This document shows positions 55,376 to 64,000 of a DNA stretch of 64,000 nt, in pieces (the stretch's first letter is position 1; each line of letters opens with the position of its first letter). Location: contig JBHGNT010000150.1 of the NCBI GenBank assembly GCA_043228905.1, positions 1-64,000 on the forward strand, written 5' to 3'. The notes beneath the pieces are model-generated. The model worked only from the letters and a program-made list of their open reading frames with translations, was not told where the DNA came from and ran no database searches. The DNA is from Azolla caroliniana. Its lineage: Eukaryota > Plantae > Polypodiophyta. The position numbers and the translations under genes were made by a program.

Positions 55376-57620
55376 GAAGCTAACATCGCTAGCTATGATA
55401 TGAAATTAAAAAGTCAAGATTTTGAAACTCAGGTCGAGAGACATGACGAAATTAGCAAATTTGAGGAGTGAGTTGAGAAGAGCCCTTGAGTAAATGAAAC
55501 TGTTCATACCTGGCTCGTGTGATATCGGAGTTTTGTGTTCAAACATGCGAAAGGAAGCTAACATCGCTAGCTATGATATGAAATTAAAAGATCAAGATTT
55601 TGAAACTCAGGTCGAGAGACATGAAGAAATTAGCAAATTAGAGGAGGGAGTGGAGAAGAGCCCGTTCGGAAATGAAAATGTTCCTACCTAGCTCGTGTGA
55701 TATCTGCTTTTTGTGTTCAAACATGCGAATCGAAGCAAACAAAGCTAGCTATGATATAGAATAAAAAAATCAAGATTTTGAAACTCAGGTCGAGAGACAT
55801 GACGAAATTACCAAATTTGAGGAGGGAGTGGAGAAGAGGCCGTGAGTAAATTAAAATGTTCATACCTGGCTCGTGTGATATCGGATTTTTGTGTTCAAAC
55901 ATGCGAAACGAAGCTAACAACGGTAGCTATGATATGAAATTAAAAGATCAAGATTTTGAAACTCAGGTCGAGAGACATGACGAAATTACCAAATTTGAGT
56001 AGTGAGTTGAGAGGAGCCCTTCAGTAAATGAAAATGTTCATACCTGGCTCGTGTGATATCGGATTTTTGTGTTCAAACATGCGAAACGAAGCTAACAACG
56101 CTAGCTATGATATGGAATTAAAAAACTCAAGATTTTGAAACTCAGGTCGAGAGACATGACGAAATTAGCAAATTGGAGGAGTGAGTTGAGAAGAGCTAGT
56201 ACGTAAATGAAAATGTTCATACCTGGCTCGTGTGATATCGGATTTTTGTGTTCAAACATGCGAAACAAAGCTAACAACGCTAGCTATGATATGAAATTAA
56301 AAGATCAAGATTTTGAAACTCAGGTCGAGAGACATGACGAAATTACCAAATTTGAGTAGTGAGTTGAGAGGAGCCCTTGAGTAAATGAAAATGTTCATAC
56401 CTGGCTCGTGTGATATCAGATTTTTGTGTTCAAACATGCAATTCGAAGCTAACATCGCTAGCTATGATATGAAATTAAAAAGTCAAGATTTTGAAACTCA
56501 GGTCGAGAGACATGACGAAATTAGCAAATTTGAGGAGTGAGTTGAGAAGAGCCCTTGAGTAAATGAAACTGTTCATACCTGGCTCGTGTGATATCGGAGT
56601 TTTGTGTTCAAACATGCGAAAGGAAGCTAACATCGCTAGCTATGATATGAAATTAAAAGATCAAGATTTTGAAACTCAGGTCGAGAGACATGAAGAAATT
56701 AGCAAATTAGAGGAGGGAGTGGAGAAGAGCCCGTTCGGAAATGAAAATGTTCCTACCTAGCTCGTGTGATATCTGCTTTTTGTGTTCAAACATGCGAATC
56801 GAAGCAAACAAAGCTAGCTATGATATAGAATAAAAAAATCAAGATTTTGAAACTCAGGTCGAGAGACATGACGAAATTACCAAATTTGAGGAGGGAGTGG
56901 AGAAGAGGCCGTGAGTAAATTAAAATGTTCATACCTGGCTCGTGTGATATCGGATTTTTGTGTTCAAACATGCGAAACGAAGCAAACAACGGTAGCTATG
57001 ATATGAAATTAAAAGATCAAGATTTTGAAACTCAGGTCGAGAGACATGACGAAATTACCAAATTTGAGTAGTGAGTTGAGAGGAGCCCTTCAGTAAATGA
57101 AAATGTTCATACCTGGCTCGTGTGATATCGGATTTTTGTGTTCAAACATGCGAAACGAAGCTAACAACGCTAGCTATGATATGGAATTAAAAAACTCAAG
57201 ATTTTGAAACTCAGGTCGAAAGACATGACGAAATTAGCAAATTGGAGGAGTGAGTTGAGAAGAGCTAGTACGTAAATGAAAATGTTCATACCTGGCTCGT
57301 GTGATATCGGATTTTTGTGTTCAAACATGCGAAACAAAGCTAACAACGCTAGCTATGATATGAAATTAAAAGATCAAGATTTTGAAACTCAGGTCGAGAG
57401 ACATGACGAAATTACCAAATTTGAGTAGTGAGTTGAGAGGAGCCCTTGAGTAAATGAAAATGTTCATACCTGGCTCGTGTGATATCAGATTTTTGTGTTC
57501 AAACATGCAATTCGAAGCTAACATCGCTAGCTATGATATGAAATTAAAAAGTCAAGATTTTGAAACTCAGGTCGAGAGACATGACGAAATTAGCAAATTT
57601 GAGGAGTGAGTTGAGAAGAG
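55376..57620. repeat. Tandem duplication of a 6-monomer (1,069-bp) block
   Basis: Identical chance ORFs at 55494/56563 and the +C insertion at 56126/57195 are offset by 1069 (6x178+1). Confidence 0.87.
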
Positions 57621-59595
57621 CTAGTAGGTAAATGAAAATGTTCATACCTGGCTCATGTGATATCGGATTTTTGTGTTCAAACATGCGAATCGAAGCTAAC
57701 AACGCTAGCTATGATATGGAATTAAAAAATCAAGATTTTGAAACTCAGGTCGAGACACATGACGAAATTACCAAATTTGAGGAGTGAGTTGAGGGGAGCC
57801 CTTGAGTAAATGAAAATGTTCATACCTGGCTCGTCTGATATCGGATTTTTGTGTTCAAACATGCGAATCGAAGCTAACAACGCTAGCTATGAGATAGAAT
57901 TAAAAAATGAAGATTTTCAAACTCAGGTCGAGAGACATGACGAAATTACCAAATTTGAGGAGTGAGTTGAGAAGAGCTAGTAGGTAAATGAAAATGTTTA
58001 TACCTGGCTCATGTGATATCGGATTTTTGTGTTCAAACATGCGAATCGAAGCTAACAACGCTAGCTATGATATGGAATTAAAAAATCAAGATTTTGAAAC
58101 TCAGGTCGAGACACATGACGAAATTACCAAATTTGAGGAGTGAGTTGAGGGGAGCCCTTGAGTAAATGAAAATGTTCATACCTGGCTCGTGTGATATCGG
58201 ATTTTTGTGTTCAAACATGCGAATCGAAGCTAACAACGCTAGCTATGAGATAGAATTAAAAAATGAAGATTTTCAAACTCAGGTCGAGAGACATGACGAA
58301 ATTACCAAATTTGAGGAGTGAGTTGAGAAGAGCTAGTAGGTAAATTAAAATGTTCATACCTGGCTCGTGTAATATCGGATTTTTGTGTTCAAACATGCGA
58401 ATCGAAGCTAACAACGCTAGCGATGACATGGAATTAAAAAAATCAAGATTTTGAATCTCAGGTCGAGAGACGTGACGAAATTACCAAATTTGAGTAGTGA
58501 GGTGAGAGGAGCCCTTGAGTAAATGAAAATGTTCATATCTGGCTCGTGTGATACCGAAGCTAACAACGCTAGCTATGATATGGAATTAAAAAATCAAGAT
58601 TTTGAAACTCAGGTTGAGAGACATGACGAAATTACCAAATTTGAGGAGTGAGTTGAGAAGAGCTAGTAGGTAAATGAAAATGTTCATACCTGGCTCATGT
58701 GATATCGGATTTTTGTGTTCAAACATGCGAATCGAAGCTAACAACGCTAGCTATGATATGGAATTAAAAAATCAAGATTTTGAAACTCAGGTCGAGACAC
58801 ATGACGAAATTACCAAATTTGAGGAGTGAGTTGAGGGGAGCCCTTGAGTAAATGAAAATGTTCATACCTGGCTCGTCTGATATCGGATTTTTGTGTTCAA
58901 ACATGCGAATCGAAGCTAACAACGCTAGCTATGAGATAGAATTAAAAAATGAAGATTTTCAAACTCAGGTCGAGAGACATGACGAAATTACCAAATTTGA
59001 GGAGTGAGTTGAGAAGAGCTAGTAGGTAAATGAAAATGTTTATACCTGGCTCATGTGATATCGGATTTTTGTGTTCAAACATGCGAATCGAAGCTAACAA
59101 CGCTAGCTATGATATGGAATTAAAAAATCAAGATTTTGAAACTCAGGTCGAGACACATGACGAAATTACCAAATTTGAGGAGTGAGTTGAGGGGAGCCCT
59201 TGAGTAAATGAAAATGTTCATACCTGGCTCGTGTGATATCGGATTTTTGTGTTCAAACATGCGAATCGAAGCTAACAACGCTAGCTATGAGATAGAATTA
59301 AAAAATGAAGATTTTCAAACTCAGGTCGAGAGACATGACGAAATTACCAAATTTGAGGAGTGAGTTGAGAAGAGCTAGTAGGTAAATTAAAATGTTCATA
59401 CCTGGCTCGTGTAATATCGGATTTTTGTGTTCAAACATGCGAATCGAAGCTAACAACGCTAGCGATGACATGGAATTAAAAAAATCAAGATTTTGAATCT
59501 CAGGTCGAGAGACGTGACGAAATTACCAAATTTGAGTAGTGAGGTGAGAGGAGCCCTTGAGTAAATGAAAATGTTCATATCTGGCTCGTGTGATA
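57600..59595. repeat. Out-of-register tandem duplication (1,042-bp period) whose junction at 58553/58554 lacks 27 bp of monomer
   Basis: GCTCATGTG at 57651/58693, plus CGTCTGATA, TTTTCAAAC, GCGATGACATG and TCATATCTGG, repeat at offset 1042 (6x178+1-27). The junction reads GTGTGATA|CCGAAGC. Confidence 0.88.
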
Positions 59596-61280
59596 TCGGA
59601 TTTTTGTGTTCAAACATGGGAATCGAAGCTAACAACGCTAGCTCTGAGATAGAATTAAAAAATCAAGATTTTGAAACTCAGGTCGAGAGACATGACGAAA
59701 TTACCAAATTTGAGGAGGGAGTGGAGAAGAGGCCGTGAGTAAATGAAACTGTTCATACCTGGCTCGTGTGATATCGGATTTTTGTGTTCAAACATGCGAA
59801 CCGAAGCTAACTACGCTAGCTATGATATGGAATTAAAAAATCAAGATTTTGAAACTCGGGTTGAGAGACATGACGAAATTACCAAATTTGAGGAGTGAGT
59901 TGAGAAGAGCTAGTAGGTAAATGAAAATGTTCATACCTGGCTCGTGTGATATCGGATTTTTGTGTTCAAACATGCGAATCGAAGCTAACAACGCTAGCTA
60001 TGATATGGAATTAAAAAATCAAGATTTTGAAACTTAGGTCGAGAGACATGACGAAATTACCAAATTTGAGTAGTGAGTTGAGAAGAGCCCTTGAGTAAAT
60101 GAAACTGTTCATACCTGGCTCGTGTGATATCGGATTTTTGTGTTCAAACATGCGAAACGAAGCTAACAACGCTAGCTATGATATGAAATTAAAAGATCAA
60201 GATTTTGAAACTCAGGTCGAGAGACATGAAGAAATTAGCAAATTAGAGGAGGGAGTGGAGAAGAGCCCGTTCGGAAATGAAAATGTTCCTACCTAGCTCG
60301 TGTGATATCTGCTTTTTGTGTTCAAACATGCGAATCGAAGCAAACAAAGCTAGCTATGATATAGAATAAAAAAATCAAGATTTTGAAACTCAGGTCGAGA
60401 GATATGATGAAATTAGCAAATTTGAGGAGGGAGTGGAGAAGAGGCCGTGAGTAAATGAAACTGTTCATACCTGGCTCGTGTGATATCGGATTTTTGTGTT
60501 CAAACATGCGAACCGAAGCTAACAACGCTAGCTATGATATGGAATTAAAAAATCAAGATTTTGAAACTCAAGTTGAGAGACATGACGAAATTACCAAATT
60601 TGAGGAGTGAGTTGAGAAGAGCTAGTAGGTAAATGAAAATGTTCATACCTGGCTCATGTGATATCGGATTTTTGTGTTCAAACATGCGAATCGAAGCTAA
60701 CAACGCTAGCTATGATATGGAATTAAAAAATCAAGATTTTGAAACTCAGGTCGAGACACATGACGAAATTACCAAATTTGAGGAGTGAGTTGAGGGGAGC
60801 CCTTGAGTAAATGAAAATGTTCATACCTGGCTCGTGTGATATCGGATTTTTGTGTTCAAACATGCGAATCGAAGCTAACATCGCTAGCTATGAGATAGAA
60901 TTAAAAAATCAAGATTTTGAATCTCAGGTTGAGAGACATGACCAAATTAGGAAATTTGAGTAGTGAGTTGAGGGGAGCCCTTGAGTAAATGAAAATGTTC
61001 ATACCTGGCTCGTGTGATATCGGATTTTTGTGTTCAAACATGCGATTCGAAGCTAACAACGCTAGCTATGATATGGAACTAAAAAAACAAGATTTTGAAA
61101 CTCAGGTCGAGAGACATGACGAAATTACCAAATTTGAGGAGTGAGTTGAGAAAAGCTAGTAGGTAAATTAAAATGTTCATACCTGGCTCGTGTGATATCG
61201 GATTTTTGTGTTCAAACATGCGAACCGAAGCTAACAACGCTAGCTATGATATGGAATTAAAAAATCAAGATTTTGAAACT

Positions 61281-61980
61281 CAAGTTGAGAGACATGACGA
61301 AATTACCAAATTTGAGGAGTGAGTTGAGAAGAGCTAGTAGGTAAATGAAAATGTTCATACCTGGCTCATGTGATATCGGATTTTTGTGTTCAAACATGCG
61401 ATTCGAAGCTAACAACGCTAGCTATGATATGGAATTAAAAAATCAGGATTTTGAAACTCAAGTTGAGAGACATGACGAAATTACCAAATTTGAGGAGTGA
61501 GTTGAGAAGAGCTAGTAGGTAAATGAAAATGTTCATACCTGGCTCATGTGATATCGGATTTTTGTGTTCAAACATGCGATTCGAAGCTAACAACGCTAGC
61601 TATGATATGGAATTAAAAAATCAAGATTTTGAAACTCAAGTTGAGAGACATGACGAAATTACCAAATTTGAGGAGTGAGTTGAGAAGAGCTAGTAGGTAA
61701 ATGAAAATGTTCATACCTGGCTCATGTGATATCGGATTTTTGTGTTCAAACATGCGATTCGAAGCTAACAACGCTAGCTATGATATGGAATTAAAAAATC
61801 AAGATTTTGAAACTCAAGTTGAGAGACATGACGAAATTACCAAATTTGAGGAGTGAGTTGAGAAGAGCTAGTAGGTAAATGAAAATGTTCATACCTGGCT
61901 CATGTGATATCGGATTTTTGTGTTCAAACATGCGATTCGAAGCTAACAACGCTAGCTATGATATGGAATTAAAAAATCAG
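61281..61980. repeat. Run of four near-identical consecutive monomers (single-monomer expansion)
   Basis: The rare CAAGTTGAG variant occurs at 61281, 61459, 61637 and 61815, each followed by GGCTCATGTG and GCGATTCG, at exact 178-bp spacing. Confidence 0.85.
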
Positions 61981-62124
61981 GATTTTGAATCTCAGGTCGA
62001 CAGACATGACGAAATTACCAAATTTGAGTAGTGAGTTGAGAGGAGCCCTTGAGTAAATGAAAATGTTCATACCTGGCTCGTGTGATATCGGATTTTTGTG
62101 TTCAAACATGCGAATCGAAGCTAA

Positions 62125-62150
62125 CAGGTATGAACATTTTCCATATCATA
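62125..62150 (-). other. Repair junction containing two inverted, templated fragments of the monomer; creates a 79-bp truncated monomer
   Basis: 62125-62141 CAGGTATGAACATTTTC is the reverse complement of monomer GAAAATGTTCATACCTG. 62139-62150 TTCCATATCATA is the reverse complement of monomer TATGATATGGAA. Successive CGAAGC motifs at 62116 and 62195 are 79 bp apart instead of 178. Confidence 0.93.
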
Positions 62151-64000
62151 CCTGGCTCGTGTGATATCGGATTTTTGTGTTCAAACATGCGAACCGAAGC
62201 TAACAACGCTAGCTATGATATGGAATTAAAAAATCAAGATTTTGAAACTCAAGTTGAGAGACATGACGAAATTACCAAATTTGAGGAGTGAGTTGAGAAG
62301 AGCTAGTAGGTAAATGAAAATGTTCATACCTGGCTCATGTGATATCGGATTTTTGTGTTCAAACATGCGATTCGAAGCTAACAACGCTAGCTATGATATG
62401 GAATTAAAAAATCAGGATTTTGAATCTCAGGTCGACAGACATGACGAAATTACCAAATTTGAGTAGTGAGTTGAGAGGAGCCCTTGAGTAAATGAAAATG
62501 TTCATACCTGGCTCGTGTGATATCGGATTTTTGTGTTCAAACATGCGAATCGAAGCTAACATCGCTAGCTATGAGATAGAATTAAAAAATCAAGATTTTG
62601 AATCTCAGGTTGAGAGACATGACCAAATTAGGAAATTTGAGTAGTGAGTTGAGGGGAGCCCTTGAGTAAATGAAAATGTTCATACCTGGCTCGTGTGATA
62701 TCGGATTTTTGTGTTCAAACATGCGATTCGAAGCTAACAACGCTAGCTATGATATGGAACTAAAAAAACAAGATTTTGAAACTCAGGTCGAGAGACATGA
62801 CGAAATTAGCAAATTTGAGGAGTGAGTTGAGAAAAGCTAGTAGGTAAATTAAAATGTTAATACCTGGCTCGTGTGATATCGGACTTTTGTGTTCAAACAT
62901 GCGAAACGAAGCTAACATCGCTAGCTATGATATGAAATTAAAAAGTCAAGATTTTGAAACTCAGGTCGAGAGACATGACGAAATTAGCAAATTTGAGGAG
63001 TGAGTTGAGAAGAGCCCTTGAGTAAATGAAACTGTTCATACCTGGCTCGTGTGATATCGGAGTTTTGTGTTCAAACATGCGAAAGGAAGCTAACATCGCT
63101 AGCTATGATATGAAATTAAAAGATCAAGATTTTGAAACTCAGGTCGAGAGACATGAAGAAATTAGCAAATTAGAGGAGGGAGTGGAGAAGAGCCCGTTCG
63201 GAAATGAAAATGTTCCTACCTAGCTCGTGTGATATCTGCTTTTTGTGTTCAAACATGCGAATCGAAGCAAACAAAGCTAGCTATGATATAGAATAAAAAA
63301 ATCAAGATTTTGAAACTCAGGTCGAGAGACATGACGAAATTACCAAATTTGAGGAGGGAGTGGAGAAGAGGCCGTGAGTAAATTAAAATGTTCATACCTG
63401 GCTCGTGTGATATCGGATTTTTGTGTTCAAACATGCGAAACGAAGCTAACAACGGTAGCTATGATATGAAATTAAAAGATCAAGATTTTGAAACTCAGGT
63501 CGAGAGACATGACGAAATTACCAAATTTGAGTAGTGAGTTGAGAGGAGCCCTTCAGTAAATGAAAATGTTCATACCTGGCTCGTGTGATATCGGATTTTT
63601 GTGTTCAAACATGCGAAACGAAGCTAACAACGCTAGCTATGATATGGAATTAAAAAACTCAAGATTTTGAAACTCAGGTCGAGAGACATGACGAAATTAG
63701 CAAATTGGAGGAGTGAGTTGAGAAGAGCTAGTACGTAAATGAAAATGTTCATACCTGGCTCGTGTGATATCGGATTTTTGTGTTCAAACATGCGAAACAA
63801 AGCTAACAACGCTAGCTATGATATGAAATTAAAAGATCAAGATTTTGAAACTCAGGTCGAGAGACATGACGAAATTACCAAATTTGAGTAGTGAGTTGAG
63901 AGGAGCCCTTGAGTAAATGAAAATGTTCATACCTGGCTCGTGTGATATCAGATTTTTGTGTTCAAACATGCGATTCGAAGCTAACAACGCTAGCTATGAT

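Larger units (their letters stand above)
1..64000. repeat. Tandem satellite DNA array, 178-bp monomer, about 360 head-to-tail copies (probably centromeric/pericentromeric or other heterochromatin); extends beyond both window ends
   Basis: AAACATGCGA recurs at 1, 179, 357 and so on, and stays in phase at 5341, 10681, 16021, 21361, 26701, 32041, 37381 and 42721 (multiples of 30x178). Monomer 1-178 is AAACATGCGAAACGAAGCTAACAACGCTAGCTATGATATGAAATTAAAAGATCAAG...GATATCGGATTTTTGTGTTC. No unrelated sequence seen anywhere. The centromeric role is inferred from monomer length and homogeneity only. Confidence 0.99.
43600..64000. repeat. More diverged satellite domain with its own variant set, long (6- to 32-monomer) duplications and all visible indels
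   Basis: Variants such as CCTAGCTC, AATGCTAGATACG, CTTGGGTC, ATATCAGA, CAGGTTGAG and GAGGGAGTGG appear only after about 43.8 kb. The last full D monomer starts at 41831. The first indel is at 47756. Confidence 0.88.

Noticed and set aside
62127-62145. Transposon footprint or foreign DNA insertion
   Set aside because: All 19 inserted bases are explained by reverse-complement monomer sequence, and there is no target-site duplication.
44204-63452. The 14 ORFs of 65-74 aa in the ORF track (MKLRSRD..., MKLFIPG..., MLASFRM..., MISDFCV...)
   Set aside because: They are translations of satellite monomers in which a variant happens to remove a stop codon or the 62.1-kb junction shifts frame. They barely exceed one monomer, recur only because the blocks are duplicated, and show no recognisable domain or gene context.
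1-64000. CRISPR-like or cassette array (constant segments alternating with variable segments)
   Set aside because: The variable parts are a few substitution alleles of one sequence rather than unique spacers, and there are no cas, integrase or recombinase genes.
1-64000. Tandem 5S rRNA, tRNA, snRNA or spliced-leader gene array
   Set aside because: There is no recognisable 5S or tRNA sequence or internal promoter boxes, and no conserved-gene versus variable-spacer partition.
1-64000. Centromeric retrotransposon insertions, telomeric repeats or large inversions
   Set aside because: None seen. Monomer phase and orientation account for the entire window apart from the 26-bp inverted patch.

Overview
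The whole 64-kb window is one head-to-tail satellite array of about 360 copies of a 178-bp AT-rich monomer, all in the same orientation. I see no genes, RNA genes, transposons or CRISPR array, and the ORFs in the track are chance read-throughs of variant monomers. The monomer does not match the Arabidopsis CEN178 sequence as I know it, and I cannot name the family. Its length and the C>T decay at both CG and CHG sites suggest plant centromeric or heterochromatic satellite. The array has two domains. The left (about 1-43.6 kb) is very homogeneous, built from five monomer types in an 890-bp 5-mer higher-order repeat with nested in-register duplications. The right (about 43.6-64 kb) is more diverged and holds all the indels. 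The most unusual signal is at 62125-62150: a duplication junction filled by two short inverted copies of the monomer joined through 2-, 3- and 5-bp microhomologies, a template-switch or polymerase-theta-like repair scar. A second out-of-register duplication junction (27 bp missing) at 58553 resumes in the same rare monomer type. I found no new protein-coding system; the interest lies in the record of how the array expands. All comparisons were made by eye and block boundaries are approximate.
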